Source: a virus (Duplodnaviria > Caudoviricetes). From it: DNA of 58,368 nucleotides. The position numbers and the translations under genes are program-made. Shown piece after piece: positions 26,247-36,681 of the stretch. Numbering within the stretch: the stretch's first letter is position 1; every line of letters starts with the position of its first letter. Location of the stretch: IMG/VR virus record IMGVR_UViG_3300025769_000126, positions 1 to 58,368 of that record, one strand, 5' to 3'. Under the pieces are notes generated by a model. That model saw only the letters and a list, made by a program, of their open reading frames with translations, ran no database searches and was not told the DNA's origin.

Positions 26247-26463
26247 TCTTTATTCTCCATTTCATAACTACCTCTCGCTCTATTATAGTTAAAGTATCCC
26301 TAACGTTTCTTATAGAGTCTATTCGAGAGTATAAATTGCTTAATGTTTCTTTTTCACCTTTGTCTTTAACGGTTAAAAACAATATATTACCAATACTTAT
26401 AGCTAGTATACAGACTAATACAATTACAAAGGTTCTACGCACTGATCTTTCTGGCAAACTCAC
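26152..26463 (-). CDS. Membrane-anchored protein, i-spanin-like
   Basis: N-terminal TM followed by a helical region; directly after the endolysin. Confidence 0.55.
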   Translation of the reverse strand: MSLPERSVRRTFVIVLVCILAISIGNILFLTVKDKGEKETLSNLYSRIDSIRNVRDTLTIIEREVVMKWRIKNEKEIKYIYLSNDSVQLIIRDSLRTRYAQER

Positions 26464-26953
26464 TTATTAAATCAGCATACTTGCAAACATCTTTGAATTT
26501 GTTTGCTTCTAAATTTGTCCCAAAAAAAGGCTCAACTAACAAGCCAGTTGGGATACCACTTGCTACAGCCCAGTAACCTCTTTGATTACTATTACTTAGT
26601 GGCTTAGCACCCCTATTTCTACTGCCATATTCATCGGCAACCATATCACAAAACAATTTAGAAAATCTTTTACCCTCTTCGTTTGTGTGAAAGTATAAGC
26701 ATTCAACACCACTCGCTTGTGGAATAGCTGCATTAAAATGTAACTCTATAGTTAGATCATAGTTAGATAACTTACCGTATGTGGCTTTCATCTTTCTACG
26801 ATAACTGCTGTTGGGTTTATGTACAAAATAATCTAAACCAGTTTTCTTAGCAACCTCGATATTATAATTATATTCAGACTTACCTATATAGCTAGACTTA
26901 GCACCTTTGCTAATCCAATCATGTCCAACAACTAGTGCTATATCTCTTTTCAT
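26435..26953 (-). CDS. Endolysin, N-acetylmuramoyl-L-alanine amidase (Amidase_3)
   Basis: VVGH, SEY, IELHFNA and LLVEPFF zinc/catalytic motifs. Confidence 0.9.
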   Translation of the reverse strand: MKRDIALVVGHDWISKGAKSSYIGKSEYNYNIEVAKKTGLDYFVHKPNSSYRRKMKATYGKLSNYDLTIELHFNAAIPQASGVECLYFHTNEEGKRFSKLFCDMVADEYGSRNRGAKPLSNSNQRGYWAVASGIPTGLLVEPFFGTNLEANKFKDVCKYADLISEFARKISA

Positions 26954-27126
26954 TTCACTAGTTTAATTGTATCCACAACCATTGAGTCTTTAACACATAT
27001 AAAGCTCGTATCAAACTTAACAACTACAGAATCAGCTATATAATTATCTACTAAAAACGAATTGCTTTTTTTAACACAAGAAACCATTGCTAACAACGTT
27101 AACGATGCTATAATTACTTTTTTCAT
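26950..27126 (-). CDS. Small lipoprotein
   Basis: MKKVIIASLTLLAMVSC lipobox; start at the ATG at 27126. Confidence 0.65.
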   Translation of the reverse strand: MKKVIIASLTLLAMVSCVKKSNSFLVDNYIADSVVVKFDTSFICVKDSMVVDTIKLVK

Positions 27127-27133
27127 ATTTATT

Positions 27134-27160
27134 ATTATCACTTATTAGCCTATAAATCTA
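27134..27160 (-). promoter_or_regulatory. Class B promoter-like motif upstream of the lysis cassette
   Basis: TAGA-N15-GTGATAAT. Confidence 0.45.
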
Positions 27161-27171
27161 ACACTGTTGTA

Positions 27172-27214
27172 TGACATTAGCCTATTACTTACTTATCTTT
27201 ATAGGCTATTGTCA
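27172..27214. repeat. 43-bp inverted-repeat element, copy 5 (opposite orientation)
   Basis: TGACATTAGCC-N21-GGCTATTGTCA upstream of the lysis cassette. Confidence 0.9.
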
Positions 27215-27221
27215 CCCTTTA

Positions 27222-30200
27222 TTACTTTTTAGTTTTTATTTCGTATTTTTTACCATCAAAGATATATGATGTCTTACCTGCGGCTTTAGCTTCTTTTTTA
27301 GCTTTAGCTTTAGCTTTCCTTTTTTCAACTTGCTTTTCTTTTTTTAACCTTTTGTATACAATCTTTATGTAGTCTTGTTCTTCATTTTTAACATTAACAT
27401 CCCAAGTCCTCCAACCAAGACCTAAAGCCATTCTTTGGTATGCATTATTCCTGCTATCTAAAGCTTCTGATACACCTTTTACTTCTACTAAAGCTCTATC
27501 TAGTGGTAGGTTTAAAGCTGCTGAAGCTACACTAGCCCATTTTTGATATACAGGAGATGGATTTAATTTTCCGTCTAAGGTAACATCCCAACCCATTGCG
27601 TTTATAACATCTTTTTCGTACCTATCGGTTTGTATTGCACTATATATTTTTCTAAACTTAGACCCAATAGGTGGAGACACATTCATTAATTCTAAAATAG
27701 TTTGTGTATGATCTGCAGTATAACCTTTCTCTTCTTCTTTGTAATATCTAAGTATACCGTTTTTTAATGTTGACACAACTGCACCAGCTAATCCACTACC
27801 TCTTAATAAAGTATCAATCATGTTGTTTATTATTTTTTCGTACTTTTTATCTAATACTTCTTTTCTTTTTTCGTCATCATCATCTGGGTTAAACTCAGGT
27901 AACATAGCAAATAATGCAGTTTGTAACGATGCAAATATAAGGTTCTGTATAAACCCATAATAGGCTATTTTACTTAGGTTTGTTTTCCAATCACCTCTAC
28001 CAGCAATTAAGTCTTGTCCAGCTTTCTTTATTAACCTAGTATATTGCATCGGAGTATTTTGAAAAGCTAATATTAAACGTCCTAAATGACTAGCTTGTTG
28101 CTTAGATACGAGCATAGGATCTCCAGATTGCTGTGTTTCATCTGATATTGTACTAAAGTCCTCAAACGCCTTAGCTTCTGCTTGAGCATCAGACATCCCT
28201 TGTTTTTTGTATGTCTTAGTTCTATTTATTAAGAATGATGCACCACCTGTTGCTATTGCAAAACTATCAGCTATTTGTGTTGGCTTGAAACCTATCTTGA
28301 GTAAGTACGCTATAACAGCAGAGGCTTTGTCTTTTGCATTTATTGCTTGACTAGCAATTTCAGCTTCTTGAATATCTGACTTTAAACCAGCACGTCTTTC
28401 TTTTAGTTTGTCAGAGTTAAATATTTTAGCCCAAGCTTTCCAATAAGCTGGTTGGTTAGCAAAAGCTGCACCCGCTTTCAATGGATTGTTATCACTCCAG
28501 TTCATGAAGTTAGTAAAAGATAACATCTGAAGCAATGCGGATCTTCTATTGAAGAACATTATAGTACCAACTGAGTTGTTCACCCAGTTCAACCATCTTT
28601 GTTCTATATCTCCAGATCGTCCAGGTCTGTTACTACCAGATTTCATTCTATCTATAGAGTTAACTAAAGCTTTGACATAGTTGGTTCCATATACAGCTTC
28701 TAACTTGTTCAGGTTTGTTTTACTAAATATCTCGTCAGCATTTTCTATAAACTCTGCAAGGTACTCCTTTCTGTTTATGTTGTCACTTATGTCGTTTAAG
28801 TCTTTTAATATACTACCAATATCCCAGTGTTCTTTTGGTTCAACCCATGCTTCCTTTTTAGATAGAGCCTGCAGTCCTTCTGCAAAGCCAACTAAGTCTG
28901 GGTCGTTTTCAACGAGTTTACTTATTTTTTTCTGAGACCTCTTGTATACACCAGGTATAGTTTGTCCTTGTTTATTCCAGAGATATATCCTAATTGCTTG
29001 ATCTATAGTATAATCAGTGTCTGCGATCTTATCACCAAGTCTATTTCTAATATCATACATCTCTAGAAGAGCCTTGTAATCCTTTTTTAGAGCTTGACTA
29101 GCTTGCTCGAGTGCTGCAACACCACGCACATACGGTCTAACGAGGTTCGTTTCGAAAAACTCTTGATCTGCTTCACCTTGTTTACCTTTGCCAGCTAAAG
29201 TATAAGATGTTAAACCTCTAAAGTCTTCTGCACTAGGAGGAATAAAGTATTTGTATTTACCTTTACTAGCGCCTTTCTTTCTAGCTATAACCTGCGAATA
29301 AAAAGCTTTAGCTTTAACACCCTTATTACGCTCTACCATTTTGTTAAGATCAGAGCTCATGCTTTTTTTCCTACTGGCTACAGCTTGTTGTACTTTGCTT
29401 TTTACATCAAACGTCTCTAATACTTCTTTAACAGCAGTTACATTTTTAATAGCATCGTCAACAAAATAAAAGTCATTATATCCTTCAGCAACTTTACTAA
29501 CCATCCAATCAGCTTTAGCCTGAGCAGTGCTGTTAGCTAAACCTGTTATGTTTTTAATAGGTATTTCTAAACCTAAACCTTTCATGAAGGCATGTATAGC
29601 ACGCTCTGAAGCCTCAGGTCTAGCCGTTAATATAAAGATGTTTTTGTTACCAAATTTATCTATAGCTTTTTTAATTCTAGGAATCAATGGACCTGGAGTA
29701 CCTTGAACCACTTTGTTAAATTCGCTAAAATCAAAAGTAGCACCCTCCTCTAGTAATGATTCTCCATTGCTAGCAAACTCAGCTGGCGTTATCTTATAGG
29801 TTTCGTCATCTTGGTTTACTATAACTTTGCTTTCACTAAAAGCTAAAGTATCATCAAAATCATACACACTTATACCTTTTGGGTTTTGGTGGTAAGACAT
29901 GCTTCTAGATTTGGCAATAGCTTTTTGTTGAGCGTTTATTTTTCTAGCCTCTAATAGCTTGTTGGTTTTGTTTGTTAGTTCTTTGTTGTACTGCGTTAGC
30001 GTTTTTGATTCACTGAACTTTTGTAGCTTTATTTCTGGTAACTTGGTTTTAACAGCATTTGAAGTACTGTCCATAGCAGAGACAACACTAGGGTCGGCAT
30101 ACCTAGCCACGTATACGGCATCTTCTAAGTAAGCTTCTTCGTTGAAAAATATATTACCACCAGGCATACTTGATCTATAGAAATCACTTAAAACACGGTC

Positions 30201-33200
30201 GTGTATTTTAGGTATTATAGCTACTTTATAGTTTTTAAATATTTCATCAAGTGTTCTTGTATAGTTGTCATAAGTTATATACCTAGCAACCTCCTGTAGT
30301 ATTTCAACAGCTGGTATCGTATGCTCATATCTATAGTCTTTATCACCTAAATTTTTCGTTTTAAAGAAATAAGATGGAATTGCTGCTGTTCTAACCAATC
30401 CTCTTATGCTAGAGTTAAACCAATTTAAAATCATGGTTAAGTCTTCTTTGCTTAATTCTTTTTTGTCGTATTGCTCTTTAAGCTTATTTGCTATCTTTAA
30501 AAACCCTTTTCTTTGGTTGATAGCATAATCTTGCCTCTCGCTTAAAGTCCATTTAGTATTGTCCCAGTCGCTAAAGTTGTTTGCAGTTTGTCCTGGTGAA
30601 GCTTTTATTTTAAATTTCTTATCATCAAATTCATAAGTTCTAGAGGTTTTATCATATTTAACGTCGTAGCCATTGCTACGTAGAAAACCAAACCAATCGT
30701 CCCTGCTTAAGAAAAGAAAACTCTGAGTAATAGGTTTTAGCTCTCCATTTTTACCATAGTAACCAACAAACTCATCTGCAACTTGGTTTTCAAAGTCAGC
30801 TTTTTCAAACTTAACAGGTACACTGTACACCTTACCCCACCCAGCACTTATTGTTGGCATTAGTGTATCTATAATTTCAGAAAAACCAAAATCTTCTACT
30901 AGCGGTGTAAAAACATTTTTAACAAAAGATGATCTAACTCTGTTAACATTTTCTATGTTCGAGAACTTTGATTTAAACGGATTGCTATCAACAACGACAC
31001 CAACCTTAGTTATCCATGTCTTATATTTGGTCGAGTAGCTTTTCATTATGTCACGCTTACCAGATGCAGCACCAGCAATTTCGCTTTTAGAAAACCCTGA
31101 TACACGCATCTCTTGTCTAATGAAAGTGTTAGCAGCTAAAGATGAATATGTTTTAGCCATACCTTTGAGTAACTGTCCAATGGGACTACGTAATTCTCCT
31201 TTAGGCAACACATTTGGAACCCCCTTTGGTGTAATACCTATAGCAGTTTTTAGGTCTTCTAATGTCTCCTTAGATATACTGCCGATAAACTCAGGTTTAA
31301 GCTTTCTAACATTAGTTTGACTTGTTAAACCTTTACTTCTACCTTTTGGACTGGTTAATTTACCGGTTGGGTCGATGTGTGGTTCATAAAAGTAGTCAAG
31401 TACTCTTTTCGGTAAACCTAGAGCAGTACCTTTTATGTTTTTTGGTACATCTAGTGTTTCTTTACCTATAACTGCTTCTGGTAAAGCTATATTGTATTTA
31501 GGGAGTATTTTAACAAACTTTGCTAAGTTGTCTGCTTTAAAGAAAAACTGTTGTATTGTTCTAGCTTCCACTATAGAACCTAAGTTTGCTGCGGCTTCAT
31601 CTATTTTTTTAGCGGGTATACCTATTATTTGCTCACCTATTTCACCAGCATACTGCTTAGCTATATTTTTAAACGTAGGGCTACCTTCAGGTTCTTTAGT
31701 TATAGTTATATTCTCTGGTGCGCCAGTAAACCCAAGGGGATTTATGGTTGGTCTTTCTTTTACACCAACAGTCTCTTGCACGGGAACATCAACACTATCG
31801 TCAGCTACTTGTCTAGCTTCTTTAACATCTAAACTCTCGGCTCTTCTCTCTGCTTCTATTGCTAGCTTTTTCTTAGCGTCTAGCTTACTAAATCTAGTGT
31901 TAGCAAATATAAACTCACCAAATGTAATTGGTTCACCACCCTCTGTTTTTCTAACAGCAGCTGGATCATAGTTTATCATTCTATCTACTACACCTTCAAG
32001 CATTAGTTCTGCTTCTTCTTTTGATATAGCCCTAGAGTTTACATAATTATATATTGCCCCGCCTGGCAAGGTTGATTCATACGCTTTGTTGAACACGTCT
32101 CTAGATAAGAAGTCTTCCTTTGTTTTTATGCTTTCTGGAACTAGTGAATTTATATCACTAAGAACACTTTTAGATGGCTTAACGCCTCTTGTTGTTTTCT
32201 CTGCATCGGTTTTAAGCTTTTTAAACATCTCACTTTCTTCTACAGACTTTAAGTCTTCTTTGTTAAAAGTGCCATCGTTTATTTTTTTAGCCATATCAGA
32301 AATAAACTTAACTACAGCTGGTTGTGTTGAAATATCTGAAGGTATGTTTGCTTTATTCTTAAATAAACTACCTAGATTATATAAGAATGTTCTACTTACT
32401 TTTTTGTCTTTTTTAATCCTACCAATACGCTCTATAAAACCAACAATTATCTCCTCAGAGTTAAACATTATATCATCAGTCTCGCTAACTGTTTCAACAA
32501 CTTGTGCTGGATCTACAAATCCAAACATTTCTTCAGCTATGTCTGGATGTGTTTCCTCTAAAAAGTTCTTTATTTCTTTTGCTACAACATCTACGTCAAA
32601 CCCGTTGTCAATCCAATCCCATAAAACTAAGTGACTAACTTCGTGTGTTCCTGTGTTAGCTCTTTCGTTCTTGATTTGTGACTCTTTTACTGTTATGTAT
32701 GTATATACACCGTCTATTTTAGATGCTTGGCCATTAAGTGCGCCACCATCTTCAATTACACCCCTCCAAAACTTCTTCTCCGAATCACTAGTTTTTTCAT
32801 CATCTATTTTTTTGTTTGCAAAATCAGTGGCTTCTTTTTCTGTTTCAAAGTTATAACCTTTGCTTTTTTTATCTTTAACACTTTTCAAGACAGCATTAGC
32901 CGCTTTATTGTTTTTATCAACTTCCTCTGCTAGATATATCTCGTAAGCTTCTTTGTTTAACGCACCTTCGTTTGGATCTAAACCTTCGCTAAGTAACTTA
33001 TCTTTTGCTTGCTCTGTTATTTTGTTATATCGTGCCTCATCATTAACTTTAAGTAATTCAAACTTATTACTACTCTGCTTAAATGCTTCTATAGATACTT
33101 GACTTATAGCATACTGTTCTGCTAGTTCATTTATTTTTGTTTTTTTGTACCTATTACTTGCTTTAGAGTTTTGCACCGCTACAGCCTCATTTCGCAGTTC

Positions 33201-35366
33201 ACTTTGTTTAGCAAAGGCTTTTTTGTATGCGTTAAAAGCACTATAACTCATATTTTTTCTAAATATAGCTTCGTGCTCCTCTATTTTTTTATATATATCG
33301 TTGTTGGTCTTTTTTATATCGTCTTTTATCCTTGCAACATCATTATTGTCAAGTTCTGGATTCAGCAATTCTTCTTGTAAACCGAGCAACCTCTTTGATA
33401 GAGCGTCAACCTCTGTTTTACTAGATTCAGGCATCAAGGTTCTAACAGCTGCACCCATCGCTACGCTACCACCACCTAAAAAACCGCCGAAGAACCCACC
33501 AGAAAATGTGGCATGGTCAACACCTTCCCATATGTTGTCGTTTCCAGATATAATATTTTGAGTTAACTGTGTTAGTCCTTCCGTTATAGCTTCACTAGAA
33601 GTACCAATAGCGAACTCTTTTGCTATCTTTGTTGCATAAAACCTGTTCGCAGCATTACCTGTTAACAGATCACCCATTGCTTCTTTCTGCATAGTCTTGG
33701 TTGCATTCTTAAAAAACCTTGCACCAAGTATATATGTTGGTGCAGTACCAAGTAAGCCCTCAGCTGCACCATAGCCTGTAGCTACTAGAAATTTATCTAA
33801 ATCAGACCTGCGCTTATCATTAAACTCTAAGTTCTCACCATACTTCATTACGTCGTCGTATTGGTCTAAGAACTCTTCATAGTTCATTTCGTTAAGTTGT
33901 TGACCAGCAGACATTACACCCATTGACGTACCAGACATAGCAGCAGCGGCTCTAGTACTTAAACCAGCTACAGAACCAGCTCCACCAGTGGCAGCCATTA
34001 CAGCAAATATAGGTAGTTGTCTAAATGTTTCCTCTGCTATAAACCTACCTAAATTTTCTGGACTAGAGAAAGCATCATCAAAAGCTACATCGGGTCTATA
34101 CTCTTCCCTTGCTACCTCAACTCGTTTCTTTCTCTCTAAAGCGTACTCACTTATGTCACCACCCATAACCTTAGCATAAGGGTCAAACATTTCATATCCA
34201 GCTTCAAAATACTGTGCAGCACCAACGAACAAGTCTCCAAAAACATTAGCAGAAGTAAAAGCACCTTTCCTGAGTAGGCTATAGTCTTTTTTTAGTAAAA
34301 ACGCTATATCCTCAAACTCTTTTAACTTATCGTATTCAATGCTTAAGTCCTCATAATCGCTGTTTATTGCTTTTCGACCTTCTTTAAACTCTTCTACTCG
34401 TTGATTGTGTCTCTCTAGTTCAATTGGATCTACAACTTCTCCAGCTTTTTGTCTTGCTAGTATATTTGCGTGGTTTTTCTCTATGTTATTACCTTCTAAT
34501 TCTAAGATTGACCACTGCTTTTCTATCTTCTTTATATCTTCTGATACACCAGTTTCTAAGCTACCAAGCAACTCTTCCGCTGCTTGCTTCTCGCCACGCT
34601 CTAAGCCAGCAACAAATTTATCACCTATGGATAACTTTAAATCTAGCATATCCTTAGCTTTTAGTCTCTTAGCTAGTAAGTCTTCAACTATTTCTTTCGG
34701 TGGCTCTATACTACTCCAAGGTTGAACACCTTCTGGTAGTTTTAATCCTTTTTGTTTTATTTCTGCTAGCTCTTGTCTTATCTTATTCTTTTCGTCAGCA
34801 TACGGATAGACTTTTTTATAATCTGTTCCGACTACACGACCTGTATTATCTTTTACAGCTACAGGTGTTTCAACAACAGAAAACAAAGCATTTTTGTCGG
34901 CATACTTATTGTATATCTCTAATTCGCCTTTCTTATAATCTGGGTTTTTAAAAGGGTCGAACAACTCAGAAAATGCGATATAGCTCTCGCTACCATCATC
35001 CCATCTTACTGGTATATTGCGCTCATTAGGTTTAAAGGTTTCTTTTTTATCAACATATCCAGCTTGTGCACCTTTGGATTTATCTAGCATATCTTTACCA
35101 CGTGTACTAATATACTCGTCTGGTAATCCAGTTTCTGCTTTAGATCCTTTTTCATAGACGCTTAGGTAGTCTTCTGGACTGTAAACCGGAGCTCTACCAT
35201 CTCTATAGTCAACATCTGGCGTAAAGCTTTGTTCAGGTTCATATAAAGACACCCCTGAGTAGTCTTGTAGTTCTTTTGCCGTTGGGTTTTGAGTAAAAAA
35301 ATAATTACGCTCTTCTGGCGTAAACCCGCTTATGTCGTATATATCACCTTCTTCTGTTTCGAACAT
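27222..35366 (-). CDS. Giant internal virion / ejection polyvalent protein (2714 aa)
   Basis: Last gene of the structural operon; Gly/Ala hydrophobic segments; HEVSH zincin motif; HAD motifs YDFDDTL, ILTAR and FVDD. Confidence 0.75.
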   Translation of the reverse strand: MFETEEGDIYDISGFTPEERNYFFTQNPTAKELQDYSGVSLYEPEQSFTPDVDYRDGRAPVYSPEDYLSVYEKGSKAETGLPDEYISTRGKDMLDKSKGAQAGYVDKKETFKPNERNIPVRWDDGSESYIAFSELFDPFKNPDYKKGELEIYNKYADKNALFSVVETPVAVKDNTGRVVGTDYKKVYPYADEKNKIRQELAEIKQKGLKLPEGVQPWSSIEPPKEIVEDLLAKRLKAKDMLDLKLSIGDKFVAGLERGEKQAAEELLGSLETGVSEDIKKIEKQWSILELEGNNIEKNHANILARQKAGEVVDPIELERHNQRVEEFKEGRKAINSDYEDLSIEYDKLKEFEDIAFLLKKDYSLLRKGAFTSANVFGDLFVGAAQYFEAGYEMFDPYAKVMGGDISEYALERKKRVEVAREEYRPDVAFDDAFSSPENLGRFIAEETFRQLPIFAVMAATGGAGSVAGLSTRAAAAMSGTSMGVMSAGQQLNEMNYEEFLDQYDDVMKYGENLEFNDKRRSDLDKFLVATGYGAAEGLLGTAPTYILGARFFKNATKTMQKEAMGDLLTGNAANRFYATKIAKEFAIGTSSEAITEGLTQLTQNIISGNDNIWEGVDHATFSGGFFGGFLGGGSVAMGAAVRTLMPESSKTEVDALSKRLLGLQEELLNPELDNNDVARIKDDIKKTNNDIYKKIEEHEAIFRKNMSYSAFNAYKKAFAKQSELRNEAVAVQNSKASNRYKKTKINELAEQYAISQVSIEAFKQSSNKFELLKVNDEARYNKITEQAKDKLLSEGLDPNEGALNKEAYEIYLAEEVDKNNKAANAVLKSVKDKKSKGYNFETEKEATDFANKKIDDEKTSDSEKKFWRGVIEDGGALNGQASKIDGVYTYITVKESQIKNERANTGTHEVSHLVLWDWIDNGFDVDVVAKEIKNFLEETHPDIAEEMFGFVDPAQVVETVSETDDIMFNSEEIIVGFIERIGRIKKDKKVSRTFLYNLGSLFKNKANIPSDISTQPAVVKFISDMAKKINDGTFNKEDLKSVEESEMFKKLKTDAEKTTRGVKPSKSVLSDINSLVPESIKTKEDFLSRDVFNKAYESTLPGGAIYNYVNSRAISKEEAELMLEGVVDRMINYDPAAVRKTEGGEPITFGEFIFANTRFSKLDAKKKLAIEAERRAESLDVKEARQVADDSVDVPVQETVGVKERPTINPLGFTGAPENITITKEPEGSPTFKNIAKQYAGEIGEQIIGIPAKKIDEAAANLGSIVEARTIQQFFFKADNLAKFVKILPKYNIALPEAVIGKETLDVPKNIKGTALGLPKRVLDYFYEPHIDPTGKLTSPKGRSKGLTSQTNVRKLKPEFIGSISKETLEDLKTAIGITPKGVPNVLPKGELRSPIGQLLKGMAKTYSSLAANTFIRQEMRVSGFSKSEIAGAASGKRDIMKSYSTKYKTWITKVGVVVDSNPFKSKFSNIENVNRVRSSFVKNVFTPLVEDFGFSEIIDTLMPTISAGWGKVYSVPVKFEKADFENQVADEFVGYYGKNGELKPITQSFLFLSRDDWFGFLRSNGYDVKYDKTSRTYEFDDKKFKIKASPGQTANNFSDWDNTKWTLSERQDYAINQRKGFLKIANKLKEQYDKKELSKEDLTMILNWFNSSIRGLVRTAAIPSYFFKTKNLGDKDYRYEHTIPAVEILQEVARYITYDNYTRTLDEIFKNYKVAIIPKIHDRVLSDFYRSSMPGGNIFFNEEAYLEDAVYVARYADPSVVSAMDSTSNAVKTKLPEIKLQKFSESKTLTQYNKELTNKTNKLLEARKINAQQKAIAKSRSMSYHQNPKGISVYDFDDTLAFSESKVIVNQDDETYKITPAEFASNGESLLEEGATFDFSEFNKVVQGTPGPLIPRIKKAIDKFGNKNIFILTARPEASERAIHAFMKGLGLEIPIKNITGLANSTAQAKADWMVSKVAEGYNDFYFVDDAIKNVTAVKEVLETFDVKSKVQQAVASRKKSMSSDLNKMVERNKGVKAKAFYSQVIARKKGASKGKYKYFIPPSAEDFRGLTSYTLAGKGKQGEADQEFFETNLVRPYVRGVAALEQASQALKKDYKALLEMYDIRNRLGDKIADTDYTIDQAIRIYLWNKQGQTIPGVYKRSQKKISKLVENDPDLVGFAEGLQALSKKEAWVEPKEHWDIGSILKDLNDISDNINRKEYLAEFIENADEIFSKTNLNKLEAVYGTNYVKALVNSIDRMKSGSNRPGRSGDIEQRWLNWVNNSVGTIMFFNRRSALLQMLSFTNFMNWSDNNPLKAGAAFANQPAYWKAWAKIFNSDKLKERRAGLKSDIQEAEIASQAINAKDKASAVIAYLLKIGFKPTQIADSFAIATGGASFLINRTKTYKKQGMSDAQAEAKAFEDFSTISDETQQSGDPMLVSKQQASHLGRLILAFQNTPMQYTRLIKKAGQDLIAGRGDWKTNLSKIAYYGFIQNLIFASLQTALFAMLPEFNPDDDDEKRKEVLDKKYEKIINNMIDTLLRGSGLAGAVVSTLKNGILRYYKEEEKGYTADHTQTILELMNVSPPIGSKFRKIYSAIQTDRYEKDVINAMGWDVTLDGKLNPSPVYQKWASVASAALNLPLDRALVEVKGVSEALDSRNNAYQRMALGLGWRTWDVNVKNEEQDYIKIVYKRLKKEKQVEKRKAKAKAKKEAKAAGKTSYIFDGKKYEIKTKK

Positions 35367-35388
35367 TTGTTATTTTAACTCGTTTTTA

Positions 35389-36681
35389 TTATTTACCCTG
35401 CATGTTTCTTACGAATTCTTCGGAAACACCATGCTTTTTAGCCTCTGCTTTTATCTCAGCTTCGGTCATAGTTTTCTTGCCACTAGTATTACTACTTGTT
35501 GTTTTGTTGTATTGTGTCTGTGGAGTATATGTTGGCTCATATTTAGACACGCCTGGGCGATAGCCAGGTGTTACAGACCCAGGCTCAGATAGAATATTGC
35601 CATTCATATCTTTTATAATTGTTTCGTCATTCAAGTCATATGGAATCCAAGCAGTCACTCTTTGATTATATTTTTTGCTAAAGTAAGTTTCCGGTGTTTT
35701 ATATTTACCCTTTTGAGAACGGTAGCCGCCACTATAACCTCTACTACCTCTCTTTGATTGTTTCTCTTTAGCTTTAAAGCCCTGTTTAGACATATCAGAT
35801 ATAACACCCATATATTGATCTACTACAAGGTTTTTTAGTCCTTCAAAACTCAATTCGTTATTGTAATAAGCTTTAACATTCTCAGCAACATATGGGTCAT
35901 CTATTAGCTTCTTATTACCAATCAACCCATCGTGTATTAGTGACATTAGGGTGTTTTTACCACCTTGGTCTATACCTATACTGATAGCATTTTTAGAGCT
36001 GTTGTAAACAGGGTCACCTGGTTGCATATCGATACCTCTAGTATATGCTCTTTCAGACATTTTAACAATAGCTTCAGCTGCTTTATAAGACTTTAATTCG
36101 TATCCTGGAGCATCGTCATAAAGTATAGTACCATCATCTCCTGAGAAATTTATTCTACCCTGGTCATCTATTGATAAGTCTAACTCTTCGTTGTACATAG
36201 ACCGCAACAAGTTAACATTAGCTTGGTTTTCACCATATAATGATGTTGCATTTGACTCTATATCTTCTATAATCTTCCCTTTGTTTTCTCCGTATTTTTT
36301 AAACTGTGCATCAAGATTTACAAACGAATTTTTAATATTATTCATCTCTTGTTGCATAAGTAAATACTCATCACTACCTACTTCATAATCGTCTAAATCC
36401 CTAGCTATCTGAACATAGTTTTGCTTTTGCTTTATTAAGAAGTCTTGTATTTGACCTCTGTATCTATCTGGTATCGCTGTTAGGTCTGTTCCTTCAGGGA
36501 GCTTATTTAAGTATGTTTGTAATCTTCTTTCGTAGTCGTTTTTTACTGCACCGATTGGGTTTACTGTAGCATTAATACCAGCTTCTGCAGCAGCCATCAA
36601 ACCTTTATTAAATGCCGCACCGACATCTACAAATCTCTCATATGGATTAGCTGCTCTTCTCTTTGTTTGTTTATTAGCCAT
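35389..36681 (-). CDS. Putative internal virion protein
   Basis: Position between other internal virion proteins; appears helical. Confidence 0.55.
   Translation of the reverse strand: MANKQTKRRAANPYERFVDVGAAFNKGLMAAAEAGINATVNPIGAVKNDYERRLQTYLNKLPEGTDLTAIPDRYRGQIQDFLIKQKQNYVQIARDLDDYEVGSDEYLLMQQEMNNIKNSFVNLDAQFKKYGENKGKIIEDIESNATSLYGENQANVNLLRSMYNEELDLSIDDQGRINFSGDDGTILYDDAPGYELKSYKAAEAIVKMSERAYTRGIDMQPGDPVYNSSKNAISIGIDQGGKNTLMSLIHDGLIGNKKLIDDPYVAENVKAYYNNELSFEGLKNLVVDQYMGVISDMSKQGFKAKEKQSKRGSRGYSGGYRSQKGKYKTPETYFSKKYNQRVTAWIPYDLNDETIIKDMNGNILSEPGSVTPGYRPGVSKYEPTYTPQTQYNKTTSSNTSGKKTMTEAEIKAEAKKHGVSEEFVRNMQGK

Noticed and set aside
7271-27214. CRISPR array or MITE interpretation of the 43-bp repeats
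   Set aside because: Copies are dispersed rather than regularly spaced; no cas or transposase gene and no target-site duplications seen.
27222-35366. crAss-like or N4-like virion RNA polymerase
   Set aside because: No DxDxD-type polymerase motif recognised; DFDDT sits in a HAD context with matching downstream motifs.
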